From Paecilomyces variotii (Eukaryota): 64,000 bases of DNA. This document shows positions 11,970-24,400 of this stretch, piece after piece; position 1 is the first letter of the stretch, and the number at the start of each line of letters is the position of its first letter. The stretch is taken from the NCBI GenBank assembly GCA_004022145.1, contig RCNU01000022.1. The stretch is one strand, 5' to 3'. Under the pieces are notes generated by a model. That model did no database searches, had not been told where the DNA came from, and was given only the letters and a program-made list of their open reading frames with translations. Position numbers and translations under genes: made by a program.

Positions 11970-14063
11970 ATGTCCGAAACACACATCAAGAAGGCCAAAT
12001 CAACCAGGACTTTAACCAGGCCGGAACCGGAATTCGAAGACGAGTCATCTATGGGGAAACCATTCTACGATAGTGAAGATGGTGGTCACGCGCCAAAGGT
12101 CGTGACGAAGAAAGATGAGACGGAGGAGAAATTGGAGAGATTGCTCTTCGGAGACGATGCGGGTTTTCATGAGGCGTTGAAGAGCCATCGGACTCCCGGA
12201 ACGATGGATTTGGTGCTGCAGGCTGATTCGGATGAAGAGGAAGGAGAAGGTGAAGAAGAGGGAGGGTTGGATGATGTTGCGGATGCGGATGTGAGTGGTT
12301 TCTTTCTTCTATCTTTTTTATGTGTGTTTGAGGGGGCATGTATGTGCTGATACCTTTTCTTTTTCGACTATGTAGCTTTTCTTCTTGGATTCAGGAACTG
12401 CTGATGTTGCTGGATCTCATGGCGATGTAGCCATGACTCTCGCGGAGGACGGGGAGAAAGAAGAAGAGGAGGAGGAGATTACACCGGCCGCATGGCACGA
12501 TAGCGACGATGAGCGCCTTACTATCTCCCTGGCGAGTGAACAGAGGTTGCGAAAGCTGCGGAATACGGAGGCGGAGGACCTTGTCAGCGGAAAGGAGTAT
12601 ATTCGTCGCCTGCGCAGACAGTTTGAGCGCCTACATCCTACTCCTGAATGGGCGGTGCCGGAGCGGAGCACGAAGCGACGGAAGACGATCAATGGCGATG
12701 AGGATGACTCTGATGCTTCTAGCGGTGTCGATGACATGGATACGTCCGATGAGGAGGCGGAACTGACGATGCAGCCGCTGGCTAAGCTACTTCAGAACGC
12801 GGGTGATCTGGTCATGAATGAGGATAATACGAAGACGGGCGGGAAGAGAAAACTCCGCCAGGAGGTCATTGATATTCAGAGATTGAAGGACGTCGGTGCA
12901 AATCAACCGGTAAGTTTGGGGAATACCAGAGTGGTTTCTGGCTACTTCAGGAGCTAACAATGTCTATCAACAGTCCTCTATCGACTCTCTGTCCTTCCAC
13001 CCTCATTATCCTCTTCTTCTCTCGTCCGGTCCGGCATCTACTCTCTTCCTCCACCATATCTCCCCTGATGCCCCTATCCCGAATCCACTTCTCACATCTC
13101 TCCATATCCGGCGCACGCCACTCCATACCTCTGCATTCGCGCCGCCAACTGGCAACAAGATCTTCGCCTCCGGTCGCCGCCGGTACTTCCACATCTGGGA
13201 TCTCAACACCGGCAAGATCGAAAAGGTCAATGGCACAGCCGACCGCAAGAACGAACAAAAGTCCATGGAGAGGTTCAAGTTGTCCCCTTGCGGACGGTAT
13301 ATCGGCTTGGTTGGAACAGCCCGCAAGGGCGGCGGTCTCATCAACGTCTTGGACGCAGGCACCGCCCAGTGGATTGCACAGGTGCGTGTGGACGGCCGCG
13401 GCGGCGTTGCAGACTTCGCATGGTGGAGTGACGGCGAAGGCATGACTGTTGCCAGCAAGAATGGTGAAATCTCCGAATGGGACGGCCGACTCCGTCGCGT
13501 CGTCGCCCGCTGGGTCGATGAGGGCGCTGTTGGAACTACGGTCATCTCTCTTGGTGGCCGTTCAGGCCGTAAGGAACTCGGTGGAGACCGCTGGGTCGCA
13601 GTAGGCAGTTCTAGCGGTATCGTCAACATTTACGACCGACGACCCTGGGCGGCTGCTTCTGCTCAAGCCTCATCCTCATCAAAAGACAAGAACGATATCC
13701 AGGTTGAAATTCCTCGAAACCCAAAACCTACCCGTGTCTTTGACCATCTAACTACCCCGACGAGCCATCTCGTCTTTTCTTCTGATGGCCAGCTCATGGT
13801 GATGGCCAGTCGATGGAAGCGTGATGCGCTGAGATTAGGTATGTATTATTTCCCGACCCCTTTCTCCTGGAATGAACCAACGACAAATAATAACACTAAC
13901 AATCACAACAGTCCACCTCCCCTCTTGCACCGTCTACCGAAACTGGCCTACATCCAACACGCCCTTTGGCCGTATCTCCTCTGTGGCCATTTCTCCCGCC
14001 TCCGACATGCTCGCTGTTGCGAACGAGCAGGGTAAAATCCGAGTGTGGGAGATCCATGGATAG
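11970..14063 (+). CDS. UTP18: U3 snoRNP/SSU processome WD40 protein Utp18
   Basis: EEKLERLLFGD, AWHDSDDE, LRKLRxTEAEDLVSGKEYIRRLRRQFERLHP and KRDALRL/VHLPSCTVYRNWPTSNTP motifs with WD40 repeats. Three introns at about 12291-12375, 12910-12973 and 13839-13911. Confidence 0.92.
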
Positions 14064-14253
14064 ATATATCTTTTTCAAATAAGGTTGAATTCAATTCAAA
14101 AAGATTAGATTCGTTTGGATTATCGTCAGGATATAGATTATCACGGTGTAGATTATAATCGTTTTATGTTGAATCTTTGATATAAAGTTTATATGTATAA
14201 TGATGGGTCTATCTCTGTCCAGATGAGCTAATCTTTCTGAGTAACTAACTGTA

Positions 14254-14516
14254 TGTCGAATATTAAATGGTAAGTTAGCACAGAAGCATATTTAGACCTG
14301 AACAATTTGACTTGCTTGCTTGAATCTAGTTCTAGGGGGTTTGAACACATATTTCTATCTTTGGATTATAGTAATCTTCTAAGCAGAGAAATAATCAAGG
14401 TCCTAGTGATCTAGTAGCTTATACCCTGTAGCCAAGGTAAGCAAGGTAATAATCAAGGAATCTGCTGGAAACGGATTATGTGACGGATCATTTCGACGAA
14501 CGTGTTTGCGCCGACA
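14254..14516 (+). mobile_element. LTR-like repeat copy A (263 bp, TGTCGAAT...CGCCGACA); strand is relative only
   Basis: TG...CA ends with short inverted termini TGTCG/CGACA. Colinear block similarity to the reverse complement of 16540-16762. Left flank is CTGTA. Confidence 0.75.
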
Positions 14517-14754
14517 ATGTGTAATGGAAGTCAGAGTGTCCTTTTGCATATAGCAGTACGATCACTTGCAGCCTCTCCTTTATGATGCTAGTGCTACTGT
14601 AAACCAAGCCTCGTAGCCAACTTTCCTTTCTTCGATATCTTCCTTTAAGCCATTCGGAACTAGTGTGTGAACAAAGGAATGTCGGGTTGTGGTTTCGTCT
14701 AAGTATGGTGACAAAGTTACTGTACCTACAACAGAGATCGACGCTCCTCCATTG

Positions 14755-14777
14755 CTCTCTCTCTCTCTCTCTCTCTA
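14755..14777. repeat. (CT)n microsatellite
   Basis: About 11 CT units. Confidence 0.85.
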
Positions 14778-15405
14778 TATTCAAGGAAACTGAAGTTACC
14801 AACTCCGATACAGACAAATTCCTCTCTTTAGAAAGGAGCAAAAGCGAGAATCGGCGTTCATTGATGGATACTTGCAGGAGAAGAAATCGAACGGCCTGCC
14901 CATGGCAAGGAGGTATGAATAGGATCATACTGAACAATAACGTCCTCGATTGCTCTGAATTTGACCACCCAAAACGTGATCTCTTCAAGAACATCGCGGA
15001 CGACTATTCTGCGCAGGATCTGGTAGTGGCTAATTGCGAATCTGGAGCCACGTTCGAGTACAATATGCCTGGAAAACGACTCGGACAATGTTAAATTGCA
15101 ATAAGATCGTCTGTCTCCCTACGTAGTGACCTCACTTACTTCGTATATGTACATACGAATATGTTTGATAGCAGAACCTTGCTATGCTTCCTCTCAGGTT
15201 GCAAACTCGTCCCTGCGGACCACGATAGATGGAGTTTTTTTCTCTAACTACCCAAGGCTGTCGGTACTCCTCATTATCTACTACTAGATGGTTACACTAC
15301 GTCAAGAGATAAATGCAACTCGAATGGGCTCTCTGTTTCAGATTAAAAATTGGGTAGCATAATAGAAACTATGTCAGAAAGGGCGATTCCCCTTTGCATC
15401 CATCT

Positions 15406-16154
15406 TCAGTCCGACTGCCGTCTCCAGTAGTCACTATCATTCTTATAATCATTATCATCATCATAATTATTATCATAGAAGTTATAATCCTCTTCATCAT
15501 AACTGCCGAAAGATCTCTTACTATACAATCCCTCAGTGAGTTCAATCACATTAATCACCCACCCGTGACTCTCCATTTTCAATCTTACATCAGATCTCTC
15601 ACTAACCTCGTAAACATCGACGCTGATTTCTCGTAGGGATGGAATTCCTCTAAAATGAGCATCAACTAGCTCTAACACCCTGGCAACAAGCTTTGGGTCA
15701 TCAAGTGCCTCGAGCGTTTTCTCCACGACATTCGTACTGTGCGCGGACATTTTCAGCGTCTTCGATTCAGATTAGGACAATCCCTCTGGATCAGTGCTAG
15801 TATGTGAACATCATCATCATCATCAAGCACATGACACTATCTCCAGGAGAGAGATGGAGGATTTTCGGAAAGTCGATCCATATAGATCGGATATTGTTTC
15901 TATTGATGCCGCCAATCGTGTTGAGGAATCGGGCTACGTGCTCGGAGCTGGAACTGGTAAAATCGAATGTGTTTTCAGCATAGAGCACAGAGCTGGCTTT
16001 GTGCTGGATGATCTTGTTTGTTTGTGTAAAGGAGGTTCAGATTGAGTTCTTCTTGGTGGTTCAATCATAGGTCAATGGGCTCCTTGAGTATAAAGAGATA
16101 GTTATATACCTCGTTGCGGAGTTCGTTGGGGAGGTTAAGAAATGAAATTGTCAT
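15406..16154 (-). pseudogene. Disrupted gene for an F-box-like/2EXR-type fungal hypothetical protein
   Basis: Reconstructed frames read MTISFLNLPNELRNEVYNYLFILKEPIDL*LNHQEELNLNLLYTN / KIIQHKASSVLYAENTFDF...IRSIWIDFP / VLDDDDDVHILALIQRDCPNL / KTLKMSAHST...LREISVDVYE...MESHGW...NDSDYWRRQSD. There is an in-frame TGA at 16065-16067 and frameshifts near 16020, 15830 and 15763. FLxLPxELRxxVY is the F-box-like/2EXR N-terminal signature. Confidence 0.8.
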
Positions 16155-16539
16155 TTTCTTCGTGTAGATACAATGTGCCTTATAACTTATTTATAGTAAG
16201 TATATATATCATAATGTTCAAGAGGTGCACCGGAAATTTTACTATGCGGTCAAGCAGCACACGGTGAGTGCGCTGGCACCCAGGGCACACACAGCTCGTC
16301 GGAATCCTCAATTCTGTCGATCTTTTCCGCTTCATCAGACTATATTGAGATTTATTCCTTTTCGACTGGCCCGTTCAAGATCTAACAGTGACCTCATATC
16401 AAGTGGTAGAGCTCTTAATATATATTATCTCAAGCAAACCCATAGTGTCTAAAGCGTTTTCACCTATTTAAAGATATCCATAAATATATCCTTTAGTTTA
16501 GTCACATTATTTCAATAAGCTAAGCTTATAATCTCTATA

Positions 16540-16762
16540 TGTCGGCGTATAAAGCAAACGCCAGGTGATCTGTCAATTATCCGTTTACGGCAGATTTTTT
16601 TTAAATCCTGATTATACTGGATTACTACTAGATTACTAGGATCTAGATTCTTTGTATGCAGAGATAATAATGGGATCAAATTCCCCCTAGACCTAGAGGC
16701 AAGCAAGCAAGCAATTCAAGTCGTTCAGGTCAGACCTTGCTTCCGTGCTAAAGGATTCGACA
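16540..16762 (-). mobile_element. LTR-like repeat copy B (223 bp), inverted relative to copy A
   Basis: Plus-strand TGTCGGCG...ATTCGACA. Flanks are CTATA (16535-16539) and CTGTA (16763-16767). Homologous to 14254-14516. Confidence 0.75.
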
Positions 16763-17581
16763 CTGTATTCGCGCAAAATATTCTCATTATTAGTATTATG
16801 CAGGATGAAAAGAAAGAACTATTGACTTTTCCTGATACTCCCTGAGGATAACACAACACAATGTGTGTATTTTCTTTCTTATAATTAAGAGCTCGATAAT
16901 GCTTTTTTTAATTGTTATATTATTGCACATTACTATGGAAGCATAGAATATATATATATATATAAAAGGGACTGGGGAATCGGTTATATGAAATACTCTG
17001 TTGGAATTATCACTATGAACAATAGCTACATGATGCAGTTGCCATATTCGGTCACGTAAAAAAACAGGAGAGGCGCTCTTTTTTTTCCAGCATAAAGCAT
17101 AAATGCCAGCCAGTTATTAACTCCATACTACGTCGTTGGCCCCAGTGGAAGTAAGAACTGGACAGGCAGCATGTCCGGGTTCTTGTAGATCTCTGGCCGG
17201 TAGAGATGGCTGGTAATGTAATGTTTGAGAATTGTATGCTAGTAATGCCGTCATACTTATATAGATACAGTTGTTACCAACGTAGGTTAAAGGGTTACGA
17301 TGGACTGCAATTGATTGCATGAAGATACAAGATGACTTCGCAAATGAACTTGAAACCATGGAATTTTTTCCAGACTCCCCGGTGTGATATAGACAGAATA
17401 ATGGTCACTTCCCATAGATAAGTAAATGAAACACAGCGCAAGCGAGTATCATCCATAGAATACAGTGGCTTGATAAGCATGGTACGTAGTTCAATTCCCT
17501 CCCAGAAACGCCCAGAATGCATGAAACACGTATACATATACCGGATTGATCGATTGATGGCAGCTTATCGGAAGACAGAAA

Positions 17582-18731
17582 TCAATGTACTGGTCGTGAC
17601 GTAAGTTTCGTCGCAAACGGATCCTGCCCGTACTCGCCATGGCTACTGCTACCGCTGCCTGAGGAGTGGAGTTGAGATCTGTTCTCGCCGTCTGTGCGAG
17701 GGTCATATTCGACATGGCGGAGATGATGGGCCATGCCATGCGGTTGCGACGGCGATTCAGGTTCCTTCAGCACTGAATCGTCGTCTGAGTCCGAGTCCGA
17801 GTCATCCAGACCAGCCAGTAATGCGCTGCGGTGGTGTCTGTCATTCGGGTCAAATTCCGAGTCGATCTCCTCATCCCCAGAGATGGAGTCCAGCTGCACC
17901 GAAGTCTGCTTTTTGATAAAAGTGTCGATAATGTAATATTGCAAGGCGTTCATGATGACTGGGAAGAGAAGCATGACAAAGCAGATCTGGATGGCGGTGT
18001 TTCCCTCTGTCCACCGCAATGCCCAGTCGCCGACGCTGACGATCCAGGGCATCAAATCGATAATGAAGAAGACGCAGATCTTCATCCCTAAAAGTCCGAC
18101 GAAATATATAATCGACTGCTTGAACCACCACGATGCTCGAGGTGGGTCGCCATAGTTCCCAGATTCGATGGATTCGGGAGGGTTAGCAAGCGGTGTGTAC
18201 ATGGCCAACGCGTTGAGAATGCGAAGTATAAAAATCAGGATCGGAATCCCAAGAGTAGTCTGTAGGCGAAACGTGAGCTGCGTTCTTCCGACAGTGGATA
18301 TGCGAACTTACATCAATACCCAGGTTCAATAGATAGAACGAACATGGGTTGGGCTGGTATTTACGAGCCGTGATCTCGAACTTCCCCGCAGAGAACATCG
18401 ACATCAAGAGATTTGCCAGATGCAGCATTGCAGAACCGAAAACCTGTTTCGAGGCATCGAACGCCCATATCTTGACCGGTCGTTGCGGTCTCTCCCTGTA
18501 TCGCTTATAGACCAGAGAGAGCAAAGCCAGCGCTCCCAGCGCTGCTTGTACTAGCAACGAAAAAGGACCCAGGAGCTTGCATTCTCCGGTATCGTCGTCG
18601 CCGGGCGCATACGGACTGCCTGGTGGAAACGGCGTGGCCATCGCGGCCAAGGGAGCTGCGGTGGAGGAGCTGATGCTGGCCATAATGCTATGGGCCGATG
18701 CAGTTGCTCTCGTGAGGGCGGGATGATCCAT
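17582..18731 (-). CDS. STIMATE/TMEM110-like (yeast YPL162C-like) vacuolar multi-pass membrane protein
   Basis: CKLLGPFSLLVQ, KRYRERPQRPVKIWAFDASKQ, NPCSFYLLNLGID|TTLGIP, SGNYGDPP and FPVIMNALQYYIIDTFIK motifs. Intron 18260-18311. Confidence 0.85.
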
Positions 18732-19686
18732 GGCCGTGATCCTACCGCGAGAGAGACGACCTTATCTGCTGGAGTGAGACATGGATCGAGTCAGTGATGG
18801 CGGTGATGCTGTTGCCGATCGACTGAGAGTACAATCGGGAGGCAGTCGAGAGAATAATAACGCAGACAGGCGAATACACGAGAGAAGAAAGAAAAGCCCT
18901 CAACCAGCAAGGGCCCGTGGATGTTCCCCTGGTGCGCTCTAGCGTGAGCGGTGAGGGAGGTCAGATGGAAGATGAATTATTGAGCGCCTGGATGCGATGG
19001 GAGGCGGAGTCGGGGGGCGCTGACTCTCGATAGTCCCGCTTTAGGTTGGCAACGGGGGCCGAATTGATGCCTAGAACCAGCTTAACCAGGGAGGAGGCTA
19101 ACTTTAGAGTCGAATCATTAGTAGGAGTATTATTATTATTATCGTTATTATTATGATTATGGTATTAATATTACAATTGTCGGACTGGCGCTAGTGTTAG
19201 AATAATCCATCGTCGATAATGACAATAATCATAATAATCATAATACCATAATAACTAATTAATGTCTTGCTTTATCAGACTGAGTCGATGATCTCACCAA
19301 TTCGCCCATGGGCGATGCAATCTGAAACGCGACCACATTCCAGATTGAGGCTATTTGTACGATGACAGTATCAGGATCCTTACGGAAACATAGAAATAAA
19401 CAGCGTATTCATAGCGACGACCGTTCGAGAGGTCTCCGACCTCCGGTAGCAATCTGTATCGTCGGAGTCGTAGACCAAACTAGACATACATTCTTCCCAG
19501 CAGCCCAACCCCGCACAATCTTCATAAGCATGAAAGAGAGCCGTGCAAAACCGATGCAATAGAACGCCAGAAACCCCGCGAACCACCCATTATGTGTCGA
19601 CAACAGAGGACGTCTGCTGCAGCTCCACAGGCAACGAGATGCCTATAAGGGGAATATTCGGAAAAGGACAGACCAGACAGGCGATA

Positions 19687-20439
19687 TTATTCTATCCCGT
19701 GCTGCTGCTTCAGACGCTCTAAATTCTCTTGTCTCTCGGCGAGGTCCTCTTTCGAACGGGCCATTTTCTCTGGCTGGTGATATAGAACTGCAGCGGCCCT
19801 GTTTTAGCATCACGCTGGACTCTATAGCAGCTGAAAACAAGACAGAAAAAAAAAATCCACCAGACTTACCAACAAGGTATCTGTTCTGGAAATTGAAACC
19901 GTTCAACTTGTCGCAGGCCTGTTTTGCATCCATCACGTCCTCATATACGACAAAGGCGGTTCCCTTCGAGTTGTTTGCAATCCCCTGACGGATTTGGCTG
20001 TGAATATCGCGATTCCAATTAGCTCGGGGTCCTGGATGGGGTGCTGGTTGCAAGGCGCACAGCCATTTGACGGCGCATAATGCTGCTTACCGGATAGGGC
20101 CAAATTTCCCAAAGAGGTCAAAAAGCTCTTCTGCAGTGACGTTGTAGCTAACCCGCAGCTTCCAGTTAGTATACAGGATGCTGGAGATGCCTGCGCGAGA
20201 GACGGCTTCACAGCCCGGACACGTGCGAATCTGCGTAGGCCGACTGTAGCACCACGACGACGTACCTGAGGTTCTTGACGAAGAGAATGCTGCGCAAAGA
20301 GGATCCGAGTCAGTAAACAACAGTGCTATCTCACGTAGTCCAAGCGGGCCGGGGATGCTCTGCGCCTGGCTGGACCGCGGAGGGGTAGATGGAGGGGTGT
20401 GACCTACCGATTAGCTTCGGGGGCGAGCTTCCGGCTCAT
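19687..20439 (-). CDS. SF3B6: Pre-mRNA branch-site protein p14 (SF3b14a)
   Basis: Five exons assemble to [88 protein letters not shown]...HGIE*, a single-RRM p14 signature. Confidence 0.93.
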
Positions 20440-20661
20440 TCTTGTGCGAAGAGAAAGACGAGACGAGCGCAGCTAAGGTGAACGGGGGTATATCGAGGGG
20501 GGTATATCTGTGGCTAGAAAACGGGGGAGCTGTCGAAGGACGAGAAGCAGCAGGATTAGGATATTATCTAGGATTGCCAACGCGAGAGAGTCACGATGGG
20601 TGCTTTGCCCGAAGCGGACTAGACCCGAAGGTGCCGCTGAGCCTCAAACCTCCCAGAGACT

Positions 20662-20712
20662 CTGAGAGAGAGAGAGAGGGAGAGGGAGAGGGAGAGACAG
20701 AGAGAGAGAGAG
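20662..20712. repeat. GA-rich purine tract in the SF3B6/JHD1 divergent promoter
   Basis: (GA)n and (GAGGGA)n units over about 50 bp. Confidence 0.8.
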
Positions 20713-21404
20713 ACGCTTCTTCCCTTCTCTCCGACCACAACCCATTGTATTCCATCTCAACGCTCTCTCGACAGCAGCGCGCCATCTCAGAGCTCCCTGG
20801 CGAGGCGCGGCATGCCCGGCCGGAAACGACTGACTGCTCGTGCGAACTACCATAGATCATCACAGCCCGCCAGACCTCCCAGGACACCGCGCCTCCTCTC
20901 CCGTCGCCGTCGAGCTCACCCTCATCGCGTCCAGCGCCCATCAATATTAATTCAACCGCCGCATCTCCCAATTCACTTCTCCTTCAGACGGTTCTCTCTC
21001 TCGAGCGATTCTACGTCGCATTGTCTCGTCTCCCTGTCCTGTCACCCGCTGTGTTCTCCTCCGTTCGGCTTTCCGCCGCCCGCGCCCGCTAGTGAGTCGC
21101 TCCTCGACAGGACCGAAGCAGACTCAACTCCTCCCAGGACAGCGCTCCGCCGCGCAACAATTTCTCGCTCTACGCAGCCACCACGGCTTTCTTCTACACA
21201 ATCGACTATCATACTCCCACACGAGCTGACTGGCGCATCCTCCATTGCACCGGGAATGACTCTCCCACCGCTTGCGGTGGTCGTTCTCTAGCCCGCGTTG
21301 TCCAGCACCCCCGCTTCGCATCTCGAGTTCCCCGTTTGACATCGACCTTCTTGTCCGCCCCCTCTCGTCACTACCTCTCCGGGATTCCATCTGCGGTTGT
21401 CTCG

Positions 21405-24400
21405 ATGGCGAGCGCTACATCCTTTCTGAGCCACCTAGGTGGCCGCCCACCAAGATATCGTACCCCCTCCCCGCCGCGGCGAGCCATCGAACCCATATCG
21501 CCCTCCACCTCAGCCAGCTTTCGCGTTGTGTGGGATGAGCGCAACGCCCACGAAGCTGCGAATCTGGAGCGCAGCAGTTATACAGTGGATAACGGACATT
21601 CTGGAGCTGCAGGACGAGATGTTGGTCAACAGCATCCCGTCGCGGGCGGCGGGGCTCACCACCGCGCGGGCGGGCATGGCCGGACGAGTTCCACGATCGA
21701 TACTCTCGCAACGATCGCTTTGGCGACCAGTCCTACATTTGCACCCCTGCCTTATGAGCACTCTGAGTCCGTAGAACCCCATGAGGTGTCTCCGTTTACT
21801 TCCGACTACCGCGAACCTGTGGAGCGTCCGGCGAAGCGCGCTCGTTCGGAGAAAGACTTGTCGCCGAATTGGGACTCCAGCAGCGGGAGACCAGCGACCA
21901 GTCACGCGTCAATTCTGGATAGTATGAAAACTGATGCGGAACTCCTCCTTAACTTTGCGAGACCTAGTAATGTCCATCCTCTCGCATCTTCCTCACACCA
22001 CCGGCTGAGCGTGAACGAACCTTACGGACCCGCCGGCGACACAAAGTGGTACTCGAAACCAAATTTGGCTGCCACCGGATACTCCAGAGTTGATCCAGAA
22101 GGTTACCTCAATTCGTTTCCGGGACATGGTATCTCGCCTTCTCGTATGAGGTCACGATCAGATGGCTCCGCGGCCATCGCAAGGCCGATTATGCAGGGCC
22201 TCAGACCCAACACAAGCTCCTCGAATCTCCCACCAGTTATTTGGCAAGCCGACGACGGCGACAGTGCTTGGCTACATGGACCTGGATCCCCTGAGCACGG
22301 CACGCGCACTGTCGGGCAGCGATTTGATGGCGCTGGGAGCCATGCCCCTCAGTCTTCAACCGCCATGCCTCCCAAGAAGGAGGACGATGAAGACACAGAG
22401 GATTCAAACCAAGCAACCTGTGCAGCATGCAATCTAGTGCGCATACCTGTGAACGGTGACGAACAAGGTGAAGTCACTTGGATCAATTGTGACGGTTGCA
22501 AGCAGTGGTTTCACATTGTCTGTGCTGGATTCAAGAATGACCGTGAGGTGCGGACGGTCGACAAGTTCATCTGCCGCCCTTGCAGACCTATCCATGGACA
22601 GACAACGTTTGTACGAAAATCTTCCCGTGCTCGTACCGCTATAGACTACGCCGGTCTCAACCAAGGGGTAGTCAAAACATCCACCGACCATCCGGAGCAT
22701 CATTACATCCAAATTATCAAGGACGGCAAATTCCGATTCCTACCAGAGAGTTTTCCGCGGATGAGGCCAGAGCTGGTCACTGCTGAATATTTCGAACGGG
22801 GCAATGGGATGACTGAACCGATTGTCATTCCAGCTGCCTTCAATACTCGTAAATCGGTTACTCCAACCGGATCCGATTTCGATGCCCTCGTCGAAGAGGT
22901 CTCGACGCAGGAAATGTTCGACGAACTACTCGAGAATCAACCTGACGAGGCGGAGGATACTGAGGAAGTCATTGACTGCGGCCAGGACCTTCTGGACATG
23001 ATTGTTCCCCAAGGCCTCACGGTCCGAGCTGTTGCAGAGCTGTATGGGCCTGATGAGAGAGTCGAGGTCATTGATGTGAAGTCCCAACAAGGTGAAGATA
23101 AGAGATGGAATATGCAGAAATGGGCCGATTATTATGAAAGCACTGGTCCGAAAGTTGTTCGGAACGTCATCAGCCTGGAAGTGTCGCAGAGCAGACTAGG
23201 CAGGCTGATCCGTCGGCCAAAGATTGTGCGTGATCTTGACCTCCAGGACTCGGTTTGGCCCGAAGAGCTGAAGGCTATTGGAGACTATCCCAAAGTTCAA
23301 TTCTACTGCTTGATGTCGGTAGCTGACTGCTACACTGACTTCCATATTGACTTTGGTGGGTCTTCGGTCTACTATCATATACTGAAGGGCAAAAAGACAT
23401 TCTTCTTCATACCGCCCAAGGAAAAGCATCTGAAGAAATACGAGGAGTGGTGCAACTCCCCTGCTCAGGACACCACTTTTCTTGGGGACCAAACCAAAGA
23501 ATGCTACCGGGTTGATCTCTCAGAGGGCGATACAATGCTCATTCCATCCGGTTGGATTCATGCTGTCTGGACTCCCGAGAATAGCCTGGTTATCGGCGGG
23601 AACTTCTTGACAAGGATGAACTACGGGATGCAGATAAAGGTGGCTAAGATCGAGAAGGACACCAAAGTGCCCCGGAAGTTTCGCTATCCTTTCTTCCAGA
23701 AGATCCAATGGTACACTGCCCTGAAATACTTGGAGGATGATCCTATTCCCGACGATGTCCTGGAATCTTTCACCCAGGATGAGAATTTCCGCTTCCATCG
23801 AGACTACCCTATCTATTACGAATTTGGAGAACGAGCGAACCAGGCGCCGCGAGGCTCTGCTTATTACAATTCACGCTTTTATTCTCAAGCCGAACTGGAG
23901 GGATTGCCTGATTTGGCCAAGTATTTGCTCCGGACGGCTCTGATCGCGGGTGGTTACATCGTGGATGGCGTCACCCAAGAGACCAGGAACGCTGTCAAGC
24001 GCTCCATACCAAAGGGCCATGGGGATCCAGTGGATACGGTCAGGAAGTTTGGCGTCTGGATTGCATGGAAGCGAGGCAATGAGAAAGCTCCGCAGTGGAC
24101 TCGCCCAGGCGCCATTGCTCTCAACACCAAGATTGACTTGTCCGACAAGAAGCCGGCTGGCCGTCCCAGTCGTCGGTCAGAACGCACTGCCGAGAGCCAG
24201 CGGATGTATGCTGAACGACAGGCTGTACGTCGCCTGTCCGACCAGGCCTCGACGTCATCGTCGAACGGAATTACTGGCCTTGTTCCTACTCCAGCGGATA
24301 GCAGCCCAGTCACCATCCGCAAAGATAGCCTGTCGGGCCCTGCTGTCAAGGAAGAAGGGGTAAAGCCTCGGAACGCCCAAAAGGGGTCCGGTCTGGGACC

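Noticed and set aside
16215-16387. Possible third LTR-like unit (TGTT...AACA)
   Set aside because: Flanks CATAA and GTGAC do not match and no second copy was seen.
19128-19260. (TAT)-rich tract followed by an (ATA)-rich tract forming a quasi inverted repeat
   Set aside because: Low-complexity sequence; such complementarity is expected by chance.
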